A stretch of DNA of 64,000 nucleotides, taken from assembly GCA_036172245.1 (NCBI GenBank), contig JAYWIR010000002.1, positions 4,216,001 through 4,280,000 on the forward strand, read 5' to 3'. The notes under the pieces are model-generated. The model searched no databases. It was not told where the DNA came from and worked only from the letters and a program-made list of their open reading frames with translations. Below are positions 1 through 14,287 of this stretch, in pieces. A program made the position numbers and the translations under genes. The DNA is from Raillietiella orientalis. Lineage: Eukaryota. The first letter of the stretch is position 1; each line of letters opens with the position of its first letter.

Positions 1-49
1 ATTCCTGATATGATTATTGGAAACTAAATTCCATAGTAAAAACAAACTA

Positions 50-1200
50 TTTACAGTCAAAACCTACGATAAGCACGCATTATATGTTAACACAAACTAT
101 TATTTTACAGGAGAAGATTCTTGAAATTTTTTTTCTTTCCCTCTGAAGCAAACGATACTGCTTTTGAGAAGTCGTTTGCATATGTTGAACGAAAAGCCGT
201 ATTACCATAACTAAAGGTTAATCCATAAATTTCTACCACGTAGTTATTTGTGCAATAGGGAAGCTATGGACCAATTGTTCAGTCATAGATCCAGTAGTTA
301 TACTCTGTTAGTTATGTTGCTAAATCACAGCCTGTTGGCTGTGGTTGCGATGCATTGTAAAGCGTAAAATAATGCTCCAATTTCTGTTCGTGTCCAAAAA
401 ATTCGTCATTCCTAGTGTTGGCTATATTGAAATCAAAAAATTTTACTCGCTGGATGTTTCACTGCTCAAGCTCTTGAATTGAAATGTAGCCGTCGACCAA
501 AACCTCAAATTATCAAATTTAGAATGTCTTTTTAGGTGAGTATAAAGTGTATCACGTGCCAATTTGATGGCATTGCCATTATGAGCCCCTCTGATACGAA
601 AAATCAGTAGCAACGTACTAGAGCATTTAATCGAGAAGGGAAACTAGAACGTTCGGATTTTAATCGTGTTTGCTCAAGTTTGTCACCAATTTCTGAAAAA
701 GCATAAATGCTTGGAGTAAATTCCACGAATTTGAACAGAATCCCCCAAACCCAAATGAAAGTATGCATTCAGCTGTATTTCGTGACTGTAGAATTTCCTG
801 TGAACGAAGTTCGAACGATGTGTCAATAAGTAAATAGTCTATGAAGTCATGACTTGTAGCTAATGTTTTGTTACCAAAATGGTGAAGACTCACATTTACT
901 TATAAGATGATGCATTTTTCGAATTGCAGTTTCTCTGTTAATTAAGATGATTGGGCTCGTCTTTCATGTAATCCTTAGCGATATTAATCTTAACTTGATT
1001 TCAGTAGTATGGTCAGAATACTTCCAAGGAAGTATTGAAAAATGGATTGTTCTCTTGCAGAATATGCGGTTCTTTCAAACAGTTTTGTAGGCTCATTGAT
1101 TTTCACTTTTATTAATTTGTTAGTAACTATCAAGAAATGTAGGGAATTCCAAGTATTGAGCCGATCTTTACCATTATATGAAAAATTCACCATCCCGATG
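50..1200. promoter_or_regulatory. CpG-retaining region upstream of gene 1; probable promoter/5' UTR region
   Basis: About 20 CpG counted by eye in 300-1000 versus about 5 in 1441-2400 at similar AT content. A strong donor-like site TTTAG|GTGAGT at 535/536 could end a non-coding first exon. Confidence 0.35.
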
Positions 1201-3045
1201 GTGTTTTTATTACATTTTGCACTTTCTGTATTGGAGTAATTTATTCTGATTATTGGAGGCATTTTTCTCATTTTCATGTTGGCATGAAAAGTATTTTCCA
1301 TTTATTTCATTTCATTTTGTCTTTCCTTCTTAGTTAACTGTGTTCTTCAAATGCGAGAAAATTGTGCATTGTGACTGTAATCTTAAATGATTTCTATATA
1401 AAGGTGCTTTTTTCCCTTACATTTAAGCACCAAAATATTCAACTGAGTTGTTTTCTATTTGTGGTAACTGGTTACTTACCATGGAATGCCTTATTTGTAG
1501 CAGGTTCTGCATGATTAGCTTTTATATTTGAAAGTATGACATATAGTGCCAAACATGACCGTTTTTGATTTATTTCTTTTTTTACAAGTAAGACTCAAAT
1601 ATCATACAGTTATTTGTTTTGTTTCTTAAAATCCTCATTCATGATGCCGATTTATGTGGGATTTTCTAGTAACTGAGATGTATCTTGAAATTCTTATGAT
1701 TAAAGTATTCACATAAACATTTGATTCTTATCCTGTGAATAATGATGTTATCAGATCCATTTAAGAAGTGGTTTTCATAATTTCTTCTATTTGAACAGTA
1801 GGATTTTGTGATTAGGTTAAGGTCTTCATATAATTGGTGATTGATTAGTGATGGTTGGATGGAATTTATTCCAGTGATTTGTGATTTTTAATGCTTAAAA
1901 GTACCTTCTTAGCATAAACTGATTGTCAATCATATTGTTGAATCAATGTCTACACATTTGAATGATTGCTTCTTATGTCAAGTTTAGTACATTACATACA
2001 TTGTGATAGTGAAATAGATATTGCTGATAGTGAAATAATTTGAATAAACGTGATGTGACAAACTTATCTTTGTTATTATTCAGATGAAGTATTTGTGATA
2101 TATTTAATGTATAAAGATTGCTAATATTATTTATTCTGATTCCTTTTTGTTTTTGATGGATTTGCTACCAATGGGATTTCACAGAATTATTATTATTTCA
2201 ATGTCTTCACAGCAGTTCCTTTCCTTAATATTCCGGTTTTTTGGTGATTTAAAAATTCAGTCTGTTCAAAACATTCATTTTTGAATTAGCCAGTAATGTT
2301 TCCATGGGAAGCTTTATTTGTGCAAAGGAGAGTAAGCAGATGCTCTACTCTTGATCTTGCACATTGAACTACGTAGGTATTATTTTGATTTACATGGATA
2401 TTCAAAATAGTGTTTTATTAATATTTTCTTCTTTTAATATTATTTACTAATATTTCTTTTAATAATGACACTTCATTGATAGAGTTTTTAATAGGTGTAA
2501 TTTTGTTTGAGCACAACAATTTATTCAGGTTATGTAAAAGCAGTTTCTTTTGAATTCATTAATTCAATCCGGTGTGAATGTAAACAGGCTTGTGTTCTTC
2601 AGACATAAGTACTAGCTAAGCTCGTAACAAACCATGGGAACATTGCAGCAAACATAGGTGCTTTCAGTAAAAAACTATTTTAAACTCTTGTACAAAATTT
2701 GTATGAAAAGTACTATTGGAATTTAAAATACAATATAATACAATATATTTACATCTTTCTTTAACACTGTGCAAGCTTTTTAGAGATTTATTGGAACTGT
2801 GAATATTACATAATGTGGTTGGTTTCATCATAAGTGAGTCTACAATTTATTTGGAAATATATTTTTGCAACCATGCATAATTGATTAGCAGTTAACAGTT
2901 ATGTATCAGATGTTTTTCCGAAAAAAAATCATAGAAATTTAATCCATGTACCAATGAAAGATTTTGGTCTTTAGCATAAATTAATTTGCATTAAAATGCA
3001 TTTTGTAAAGCCAATAATCATTATTTGTTTCTTTGATAAAGAAAT

Positions 3046-3255
3046 ATGGCAACTTTGGTAGTTTCCATGGCTTCTGTATTTAATGACGTAGTTATCAATG
3101 GAAATTTTGAGGAAGATGATGATTTGGAAGCTTTACGTATAGCAGCCTTAAAAACCCTTAAGCGTGGTCAAGATGAAATTCCTTTCCCAACAGATAATAA
3201 TTTGAAAGACCAGTCTTCTGAAAAAGTGACATCCAGGAAAAGTCCAACATCTCAG
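3046..3255 (+). CDS. Gene 1 (uncharacterised ~510-aa protein), coding exon 1
   Basis: ATG at 3046; MATLVVSM...EEDDDLEALRIAALKTLKR...SPTSQ; ends at CAG|GTAATC, phase 0. Confidence 0.75.
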
Positions 3256-6200
3256 GTAATCACATATGTAATTATTTTGTTCTTGTTTATGGTGCTCTTT
3301 TAAAATTTCAATCTAATTTTGAGACATAGTTTCAAAGCTTTTACAAGCAACGTTTGGTTATTTTCTGTATTGCTAGAATTGTTAATTAAATATTCAGTCT
3401 TAAAGGTTTTTATACAATTATTGCAATGCTTTGTCATTTCTACATGTGTTTATGTATTTATAAAAATGTTGGTTGTGCTTGTGAAAAGTAGGGATACTTG
3501 GAAAATTCAAGTGACATTTATTGAGGATATCCTCTCCATGAACACTGATAATTTATCAGTGTTCCTTTTGAAAAGCCCTGAATACAAAAGCCTCTATGAA
3601 GCCATATTTTCCAGGAATACCTTGAATTTCTTAGTGTTTTTATTTAAATTGGAGAATCAGGGAGTTTTTTTAGTCAGAATGTATATAACTCCATTTACAG
3701 AAAGATGCTATAAGCATTTGTAGGCATTTGGTTTTGTTTTTTTAATGTGGTTTGTTGACATTTGGAGCTCTCAAAACCATAAATGCGAAATGTAGTCATT
3801 TATTGTTGGAGAAGTTTAACTTGCTTTCCCTATAAAATCAACATCGAAAAAAATAAGATTTACTCTTTTGTGTCTTATTAATTTTAGCTTCTTTTGAAAA
3901 TAAAAAAATTGTCAAATGGGGGATTGCTCCATTAAATAAACATGTAAGGTGAAAAGTGAGCCTAAAGAATTCTTAACATTTTGTGCTCTCAAGAGTTAGG
4001 TAAACAACATCATAAGTTTAGGTGTCAGTTAATCAATATGTGTTTATCTAATAAAGGTCTTGCATTTGTTGGGAACTTTCTGTAAGTTTTCTCGTATTAA
4101 ATTATCCAAAAACAGAGCGGATGGTGCCTTCTCAAATGAAATTGTCTATTGAAGTTACTTTATGTCTGCTTATTTATATGAGAAAGAACTGTGAGCGCTA
4201 ATGCATAAAATAATTTCATAACACCTCAAAAAAGGGCTTATTGAATTAATTTGTAAATCTTCTAACAGCTTCTTTTTGTCTGTTATATTAGTCTCACCAC
4301 AATCTCTCAAACAACTTTTTGCTACCTTTTGGAGTTCTTGAAAATTTTTATAATGCAAGATTTAAAAATAAAATATAGAGAATTCACAGGTATTATATAA
4401 GCCTGCTCTTTATGCAAAACACATCATGAAAATGTCTAATAAGTATTAAAACGTAGCATCAATTTGAATGTGCAGTTGGCAGAAAGGCAGACTGATAAGA
4501 AAAATTAATGATGAAAGGTGTTCCAAATTCAGAAAAGCATTTTGTAAACTAGACAATATGCAGTAGTTACCTTTGTTATCTGGTGATTCAATCAAATACG
4601 AAAACAGATAACATTCTGGAGAAGGAAATGGAGTTAAAGATGCAAGCATGAAAAAGGTTCACGGAATTTTTGAACATATAACTGATTGTAATCTTTAAGT
4701 CATGACTTTTGTTATAATAACAGTGATTTAAAGCTGTAGTAATAACCAAGGCTGCATCATGCACCTCAGTTTTTTACTCTAATCTTCGATATTATTGTGA
4801 ACTGATTTATTACATCTTATTATATACAGTAAGGTAACATTTTTTCCGGAATTGATTAATTCAGACCTTCTACCTTCCCTTACCAAACTGATTTATTTTC
4901 CATCTATTAGTTTTTTGGATTGTTCATAAAGGAGCAGAGTGTGCTTAATTTTCTAATTATTTTGTGGAATGCTAAGCATTGTTTATGGATCATATCTTAA
5001 TTTCACCCTTTACAGTATAAAATTGTTATAACTTTATACAATGCCAGGTGTAATATAAACGTTTGGTTAACAATAATTATATGCATTTATGTAGTGAGGT
5101 ACGTATTAATCGATGTTGTTCCATCAGATTGAATCAAATATTTATACACTTTTATACATGAATTTTGCATTCTATAAAACAATACTTCAGATTAACTCAG
5201 TTCAGTGAATGGTACTTATTTATTGAATTCTGTAGAAAGTACGTTCACTCAAATGGGAAAAAGTTTTTAATTCAAAATGTCTAATTGAAATACAAAAATA
5301 TATAAGCCGTTTTTAAGGAATTCATCAATTTTTTACTTAATGGTTCCATAGGAATTAAACAGTACCATTGATGAATTAAGATTTGCATCATAACAACCAA
5401 ACAAGTCATACAATGGTGTGACTCTAGTGAACCTTATGGCCTGAATGAGTGAATTCTGATGACTTGAAATCAACTGCATTTTAAAGCATAATAGTCCTGA
5501 ATGTGTATGCAACTCGTCTATTTTATTCTTCCACATTCAGAAATAAAACATGAAATATAAATGAAATGTTTGGTATGATGCAGCATTAACGCTTTTTTTG
5601 CCTTGGGAGCATTTAGTTTGTAGTAGAGTATTGCAAGCACTTGTGAGCTTATTTGGAAAGTTGAAATTTATCATGAATGAATGGGTGAATTTATTTAAAT
5701 TTAATTTAAATTATTTTAATAAGAACAGTGTCACGAATCATCCTGAAAGACAAATTGCACTTGATATCAAGTTGAGATCATCATAAATGTTGTGCATCAA
5801 AACTTCCTCCATTATGAGGGTTATACTGGCATAATACTTGAGCAGCAAATGTAGAAAGATCCTTAATAATCAGAATCAAAAAAATGGTACCAAGGACTTA
5901 TTTTTTTTTGCAGCTGTTGCAGTCCTGTTCTAAATATTGTTTTTTATTTATTATATTTCGATATGATTGAAACGTCCATAATTTGATTGGTAGATTTAAA
6001 ATTAAAATCAAATATAACTTGCTTCAAAAAGATTTACAGGACTTATGAAAAATTTTATTATTATTATTGCATATTTATGGATTCTTATTTTTCTTGTTTA
6101 TTGCCAAATGTTATTTCTTATGTTGTCAAGTATTTTTCTAGTTCATTGTGCTTAAGAACAGTAACTGTAGTAATTGCATTACAGTGTCCTTTTAGGAAAC

Positions 6201-7753
6201 TGTGAGGAGTGCTTATATGTGAATATAAAAATCATAACATTTTGAGTAAAGAGTAAAAAATTTTATTTGTAGGTTTTTAGTTGATTATTGTTTGTTTAAA
6301 GATGCTTAGATTGCAGTGCTTTAGTGTACAAGCATATTCTAATGCACCGCTTATGTTTTGAATGTCAAGAAAAGTAAATATATAATGCAAATAATTTTTA
6401 AAATAATTTTTTTTTATAATGCAAAATGAAACCCATAGAGGCCACATGTGTATGTAGGGGTGTTTTCCATAGCTTTTATCATTTGTAGCAAGTATAAATA
6501 GTAAAGCAATAAATGCAAATACAACAGAAACTGATAATACATCATAGACTTCTAGAAAAATATCAGAACTATTTTGCAATTCTAATTTCATTATCTCAAT
6601 GGGCAAACTGTCGACCATCTCTTTAAAAATGTACATCGTAAAATCACAAAATCCGTCATATCACAAATATTCATAAGCTTGTTTTGGTAAAAAGGATGAA
6701 TAAAAGCATACAATGAAGTTGAGATGTAGAAATGACAAAACATACTCAGAATTAATTATCATGTTTTTTTGAAAGGTTAGTAATTAATTTGAATTAAATG
6801 TCTGCAGAATGAAGTGATTTATGTACTGGCGTGTATGCTCTGGATGGATACAGGGAGGTTTTTGTAAATAATGTATATAGTTGCCATGCAGTTACATAAA
6901 TAGCTGCACATTCATTACATGCTAAATTATTGAATATTTAGAAAAGACTTATATCTCTGGATGTACTCCATATAATTACAGAGATATGTGTTGAAGAGCT
7001 ATTCATTCATGTGAATTTTTGCTATCTTTTCCAATCATTATTTTTTGTTATCAGTTGCTCATTTTTGTGCACATAAGTGCTCAAAATGTTACAAGTTAGA
7101 AGGGTCTTAAGATGCGTCCCAATTGTGTGCATGACAGCAGAATTGCCAGATTTCCTCCTTATTGTTTGGCATTATTTCACAACTTTTAATCCTCCAGTAT
7201 TTGCAGAGCAGAATGATATCATGTGGAACATTCCTTAAGTATTTGCTACATTGATTAAACAATGCTCGAAGATATTAGATTGTTATAAAACTTAAAAAAC
7301 TTAAGCAGTTTAGCTAAAAGGCAATATTAAGTTACCCACTGTTTTTTTTTTTTTCCTAAACAGACTTTGAGAAGTTATTAAAAACTGACAGATTTCCCTG
7401 CACATTTTGCAAAGTCGTTGGATACCTATTCATTCTTTGGATCTCATCCACATTCATCATACGAGTTTGGTGAATAAATTAAAAGATATAAAGTATGTTT
7501 GAATGATTCTTCTCTTGAGACATATTTCTAGAAAAGTGTTTGAATAATGAATTGTTCGCTCTCTGTTTATTAGGAGCATTTAACTTGATCTAGACGGAAA
7601 TTGCTTTGTATAAAAGTTAAGATATTAGTGAAAAGGTTAATGTATATTGAACTAATGTGTATAAATCCATGGTTTATTTGCAATTCAAGATATTGATAAA
7701 AAATAATGTTAAACATATTTCCTTCATTTGATTCTGATACCATCATGTTTTAG

Positions 7754-7931
7754 ATTTTTTGCCAGCATCAAACGAAACCAAATCTTATTGCTATAATCCC
7801 TATAGAAAGCAAATGTGTTGGTGAGCAATCTGATTCAGAAAATTCATTATCCAAAACTGAAAATTTCCCTGGAAATAAGTGTGAAATCAAACATAAGAAT
7901 AAATTTTCCACAGCATCTTTAAAAGTGAAAG
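7754..7931 (+). CDS. Gene 1 coding exon 2
   Basis: TTTTAG| acceptor; open in phase 0 (IFCQHQTKPNLIAIIPIESK...SLKVK); ends AAAG|GTTGTT, phase 1, matching the next exon. Confidence 0.7.
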
Positions 7932-8820
7932 GTTGTTTCAGTTATTCCATTATAATTTAAATGATCAGTTGTGCATTTTATATTATTTTGAAGTTTTGTG
8001 TTATATTAATAGCAAGTGTGGTAAACTTTTGAAGGTTACTAATATGAACTCAAAATAGATTAGTACTGAAAAACATAAAAGTCGCTAGAAATAGTTTCAT
8101 TAATATTAAAGAAGTAAGCATTAGTGATGGTTACTGGCTTCCTGATATTATAACTTGTTCGTTTTTATCTTCAAAAAATAAAGATATCAAATCAGATTTA
8201 ATATTTAAATCCAGTCTACTAGTTCAGAGATTGTATTTTCATTGATTTTTATGAAAATGGTGTTATGCCATTTATAGACATTAGAGATTTCAATGCTGCA
8301 AAACGTTTATAGTGTTTGGATTTTTTTTTTTTTTTTTTTCAATTGGTTATGGGATGTTTGCTATAATAATTTCTCAAGATCAATCTTTAAAAAAGCTCAT
8401 GCATCAAAAGCACATTACATTGCGAGTCTCAACAACCATTTCTGTTTGCCCTCAATCAGAATCTTTTTGTTTTATTCATTGGGTATTTGCTTTGCTATAT
8501 TTTATAAGCATGCATCCCCTAGCTTATTGCATTAGTCATTTGTTTTTATTCATTACGATTGACCTCCACTCTAATCAAAAGTCTTCGTTTCAGTCCGTGA
8601 ACGTGTGTTTCCAAATCGGAAATTTTTTCCAATACAAAACATTTATGCAAAAATCCTAACATTTTATTTTCAAAAATTCATGTTGATTGAAAATGTTAAT
8701 TGTTTTAAAAATTCCAGTCCATAAACCGTCATGGACACTTATAGAGCACCATATTTCAAATAATTCTCGCTTTGTTTGTGTTGTGTTCTTCTAGTTTATG
8801 AAGTTAATGATATCTTTTAG

Positions 8821-9525
8821 GTAGCAATAAATTTAATAGGTTTGAAAGTGATTCTGAGAGTGATGACAGTGAAGAGTTGGATTGGCCCATGGGAATGCAG
8901 CAACAGTTAAATTATTTAAATTGTGAACAAACGTCGTTGTTGGATCTCAGCTCAAAGCAACATAGAATCTCGTTATCAATTGATGGTGCAACATCCCCTC
9001 CTGGGGACAAGTACTCAAAAGAAATTTCTGCTATCAAACACTCTCTGAATGATAATGAATGCCTTGAATCCTGTGTGTTTGCCACCTCAGTAGTATACCC
9101 AGTTCCAACCAGAAACGATTCTGAATTAAATAAAAGTAGTGCATGTGTTATTCCTGGTTTTGTTGTTGTGGACAACAACACTTCAATAACCTGTGAAAAT
9201 TATATGAGAACCAAACATATAGCATGTGATGCAAAAACTGTGGAATCTAATGATGATCTTCCTGCACTCAATAAATTACCATGTGAAACTAATTGCTCAG
9301 TAAAAAATGATGCACCAACAACTATGCTGAAGTGTGATTACATGAAAATTGAAGATGATGATCTAGACGAATTGAATGCTTTAGAGCCTCTTCTCATTGA
9401 GTTTGTTGAATCAGATCCTGAGACAAATGATCCCAATATTGAAATACAGTCTTCAGAGATTCCTATTATTCTTTGTAGGAATCAAACATCACAATGTTGC
9501 CAATCAGATGAATGCCTTTCTGCAG
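8821..9525 (+). CDS. Gene 1 coding exon 3
   Basis: CTTTTAG| acceptor; phase-1 start (G)SNKFNRFESDSESDDSEELDWPMG runs in frame into the 8877-9605 ORF; donor GCAG|GTTTGT at 9525/9526, phase 1. Confidence 0.75.
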
Positions 9526-12500
9526 GTTTGTGTGATAACAATTATTTCAAATTTTCTGATTTCATCAAGAACAATAGGCATAATTTGCCTGTGTATTTCA
9601 TTTGAACAAGTGTGTAGATAGATATATATAAACATGGGAAATACACTGGCAAATTATACATGTGTGATTATCAATATGATTCATAAAAACTTAAACACAA
9701 CTATTCACATAATCAGAAATTATTTTCATTGTTCTGGTGTAAATATATATATAAGCATTTCATTAGCCAGGGATAGTTCTGTGGATTTTATTTTCTAAGT
9801 TTAATATTTTATGTTGTTTTTTGTAGTCTCACATTGAAGTGTTTACCAGGGTGAGCCAGTGAAGAATTTGTTTGAAGAATTGTTTGAATAGCCATTGAAG
9901 AATTGTTTCTAATCTATTCATTTATTTTGCATGTTTTTATGTAATTTTGTGGCATTTGTAACTTCTGATCTATCCCTTAGAAATTAGGTTTGGGGTTCAA
10001 ATGTTTTAATTTTGGTTTTCACTGGGACAGATTATTTACTTAATTTATGTTTGGTGTACTTACTGTGTTGATATTAGTATCCTTTAAGAATTTGGGCGTT
10101 CTGAAAATGTACAGTACATTAGTAATACAAGGATGGCCTTCGGGATGCGTTATTATCATTCAGTCGTATTAGCATTAATACAGAATAACTGAATTGAGTA
10201 TCCACAGAATGAAATTTTAAACGTGTTTTATGCATTGTGGTTATAAACTATAGAAACGCATTTATTTTGATTTAAATCACCCATTAGATAATTAGGAAGC
10301 TTTTCATGTTCCCCGATGTTTTCAATGTGAACATTAATTTCCTTTAAACTGCAGTCTGCATTGTCCTTTTGTTCAAGTGTATCCTCGTGTACGTGTGTTC
10401 TTGTGGTCACCTGCGGTGTGTCATTACATCATGCATAAAAACAAGTTCATTTTAATCCTTACATAAATCTTGACCATGTTTGCCGTATGCTTTTGCAAAG
10501 TTTGAATTCAGGGCTTTTTCCTTTTGAGCTGATCACGAATCCTTCAATAACAAGGAGATTGAGTTTCGACAGCATGGATTTTTTTTTTCTGTTTTAACAT
10601 CCTCAGATGCGGCGGCAGCATCACTCAAGCTGTAATTAGATCTGAATTTGCTTTTTAGTAACTCAGATCCCTTTGCATGAATTCCTCTTTCCTTTTGTTC
10701 CTTTTTAGTCGCAGCTTTGTAGCGCCTTTAAGATCAGTTGTAACGAATCCGGAAACCCGGTAAACTTTGTAAATAATGAGTTTATTTTTCTTCAGAAAGT
10801 AAGCGAATGCGTTTTATTCTTCGTTGAGGAAGCCTAACGAGCCGCAAGCACTATCATAGCTTCTTTCTTGGAAAGTCAAGAAGCTGCGACAGCGTTTGCC
10901 TCTCGAAAAGTAAATGAGAGCCATGACGAGTACTTCCAAAGGAAGCTCAATTTTCTTGCGTAACACAAATTGCCGACCCGGAAGTCGTGAAGTTCGAAGC
11001 CGTGCCACTGAAAGTCCATTTACTTATTGCGGAGACTTGTTGCGAATTCTGCCACCATTTCTCGTTTGCAACGAGAAACACTTCGTGTTTCTGAAACTCT
11101 GTTTGCAGAGCTCCAAAACAAATTATCATGGTGCATTGCAGTCATACGTTTCATTTGTGCGTGTTTACGTTTTGTGTGTGTCTGTGTGCACCGTGCCTCG
11201 TATATCCCGGATTCTTCGAAGCGTATGTTTTTGTGCTCACAAAGGTGCTTGATTTGTATCTGCGCCGTTCTCAGCTTTCACGGTACTTTGTAAAGAAAGC
11301 AAGAGAGCTGTGAGCACTTTAACCAACAACTGTACTCCAAGATAAACATGGGCTTTTTGTGCGCGGTTTCATGGTTTTAGCTGTGACAGGTCTTCCCTGG
11401 AGGAATCCAAGAAAGTTATTGTGTACTCAGTCCCTTGCTAGGTTTGGAAACTGTTGAAATGGCAATTTGTGTAGGTATAGAATTCGTCATTTCTTCCTAA
11501 ACGATGAAGGATCGGAAAAATGAGTGAGTGCGAAATTTCGGATCTTGCATTACCGATCATTTGACCGTACCTTCGAGTTTTCACCTCTCATTCAGTTCCC
11601 GCTGAAAGTGGAGTCTGTTGATTTTTGAAGCTGCAGAAAAAAGCAGAAACATTTCAAAAGTAGAGGTGAAACAAATGGTTTTTTGTTCTGACCTAAGAAA
11701 ACAAAGAAGAAAAAAAAATCTAACGAGGAATCACGAGCGAGACCTCGGCACATTTTGCAGGCAAATATTTGTTGCGTACACCTCAGCATCGAGAATCAAC
11801 CAGGCGTTGAGACAGAGATTGATCTCCGAAGAAAAATCTCGAGATGGACGACTGTTGCAGGAAGAAAAATTCGTCAATGGGGATTTTTCATGCAGAGACA
11901 GATCTGTTTGCTCCGCTATGACTTGTTTCGTCCAGGAAGTAGCGTGTACGGGTTGAACCACAAAAACAAGGCGAAGGACTGGATGAAGGCCATGCCAAAG
12001 AATTGAGTGCCCGTTTTCTTACATGGTGTAGTTACGAAACGTGAAATCTCTGTTTCTCGTGGGTCGCAGATAAAAGTAGAAAGGGGGCAGCACTTTTGCG
12101 AGTTGCACTGACTTGGAGAGTCTGACCGTTTGTTTCCCAGATCTTCGTGACCGAGATCTGGAAAACAAAAGATGAAGAAACTTGGGAGAATGGGATCCGC
12201 AGTGCTGGCGGTAGTTTCAGACGTATCCGTCGCGTGTCGGAATCGCGCACCGTAAGACGGGATCCTCGAACCTTTTTTGTTCGGGGATCCCGTTTTACCG
12301 AAGGAAGGAGTGCTGTTTGTCGCTTTTACGCCTCTAGGGTTGGTCCACCAGCATGCAGATGGTGCGTCGCATGCATGCATGCTAAGCGATGCAGAGGACG
12401 GTTAGGACTTCCGTGAAAAAGTTCAGGGTTGACCCAAAGAGGGGTGATACACAGTGAGAGACCGACCAGAAGCGTTCTTTGTAAAGACTGGTGGCTGAGC

Positions 12501-13576
12501 CGAGGCATTTAAATTCAGACGAGAACAACCCCAGAGGAGGCGGGGCATTATGACTCGGCTGTTTGGGAAGGGTAACGCTCGCTTTTTGAGCGTTTCTTCT
12601 CTCTCCGCACGCCGCACGCTCACTCTTGCACTTGTTTGCTGTGCGAGATAGTCGGACCGTTGCTGCGACCTCCAGTAGGCACATCGACGGTTTGGTGCAA
12701 GCGTGAAGATGGCCCATCAGAAGCATCATGGCTTATCCTCCGGTTCCACGGCCAGAGGAGGAGGGTAAGCCATGATGCTGCTGATGGGCCCGCTGCAGAT
12801 CCGTGTGAGCAAACGGATGAGGCAGCTTCATGTAGCGCTCTGCCTCCGTGCGCCGGTTCGTGGTGGCAGTGGTGGAGTGCGGTGTCGCTTTTTGACGACG
12901 TGACGGTCGCATGGGAGGAAGATCGGGAGACTCAGCGTCCGGTTAAAGTCTTGGGTGGTGGATTCCCTTCCACATCCCCCGAAACCATCGTGACCACTCG
13001 TCATCCGCGCGAGGAAGCAGTCAGGAAGGTCGGAAGGAGGGAAGGGCGGTGGTCCCTCTTCCCTCGGTCGCTCAGCTCCCCTTCCTTACGGCAAGGAAGT
13101 CTGCTGACCGACGCAACTCACGGCTCACTCTGTTGCCAACTCTTGCCGTGCGGCGTGACCTGCCTTGTTCGGTGGTGCGAAATTCTCGGCCCTTTTCGGC
13201 GCTACCAGGTGGGGGAGGAGGAGAAGAAAGCGTCCGGGGGTCCCATCCGCGGTCTCTCTTACCCCCTTCCCCTGATCCAAGATGGCTGGAGTCCGGCTCA
13301 TCCCGAACGCGGAGGGAGGGAGGGCTTCTCATGGTTAGCGCTTTGCTGCTTGTCCTCCCTACTTCAGTGTTGCCCATGACCATTCCAGGAGAAAAAAGCA
13401 AGATAGGCAAAGCGAGAGAGGGACAAGGGTTCACCGGACCGCCGCGCTTTTGTCTCCGTGCTGACCAGCAGCCTCTTTCCCGCTCAGAGCTTTCTAGGCA
13501 ACAGCTTCCCGCAGCGTGCGCTCATATGGTCCTTTCGGAAGTCCGAAGGCAGTCGGCTCATGAGCGCACTTTGTAG

Positions 13577-13682
13577 GACAGGAGTCTAATGGAAGTTTTG
13601 CATTCCCAGGGAAAATGAATCGACAGGTTATCAGAGATTTGCGAGAGGAGCTGAATAGGAAGAGGAAAGGTCACGACACGAG
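13577..13682 (+). CDS. Gene 1 coding exon 4
   Basis: TTTGTAG| acceptor, phase 1; QESNGSFAFPGKMNRQVIRDLREELNRKRKGHDT; donor AG|GTATTC, phase 2. Confidence 0.65.
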
Positions 13683-13759
13683 GTATTCCCCAAGGGGAAG
13701 GGGTGATGAGGGAGTAAGGAGAGAGGGACAGGAGGAACCTGAGCTGTGCCTGGTTACAG

Positions 13760-13968
13760 GAGTCAAACGACGACGTTCAACGTGGTGCAGAAGAAGCCTC
13801 AGGAGCTGATGACGTCGTTCTCAGGCGGCCTCGAGTCGGTTCGTAACCGGGTGGGGCGGCTTGCAGAGTCATCCGGAAGCGAGGCCAGGAAGGTGCGCAT
13901 CCTGAAATGGAGGCGCGAAAACAGGAAGGAAGCCACCCCGTCCCTCAACATCACCATTCCTCATTGTG
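13760..13968 (+). CDS. Gene 1 coding exon 5
   Basis: TTACAG| acceptor, phase 2; SQTTTFNVV...EARKVRILKW...NITIPHC; donor G|GTAAGG, phase 1. Confidence 0.65.
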
Positions 13969-14162
13969 GTAAGGAATGTAGGTAGTGCAGATGGTTGCAA
14001 GGGGGAACCCGCTGCGCACTTCGCAAGCTCTCTCGACGGCAGACAAGCCTTCGTTCGTGGATCTTCTTTGAGGGTCACCCTTTTGCTTTTCCCTCTTTCG
14101 TTCCTCCCCGTTTCGGCTGCGCAAGTCCTTTTTGTTGCTGTTATTTATTGTTTTCGTTGTAG

Positions 14163-14287
14163 GATATCAGGAGAAGCACAAGTCACGTCTTCCGGTGCAC
14201 ATGAGGTTGGGCGTAACCACCGCAGCTAATTCTGAAAGGAAGATCATCCTGAAGAATCCCTTGTTCCCCTGCCACCCTTCCAGGTAA
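14163..14287 (+). CDS. Gene 1 coding exon 6 (probable terminal exon)
   Basis: Long pyrimidine tract and TTGTAG| acceptor, phase 1; YQEKHKSRLPVHMRLGV...HPSR-TAA. The six exons sum to 1533 nt (510 aa + stop). AG|GTAAAC at 14283 could instead be a donor. Confidence 0.65.

Noticed and set aside
660..1301. Short ORFs 660-893(-), 990-1301(-), 1042-1239(+)
   Set aside because: No recognisable motifs or consistent exon chain; a divergent gene cannot be supported.
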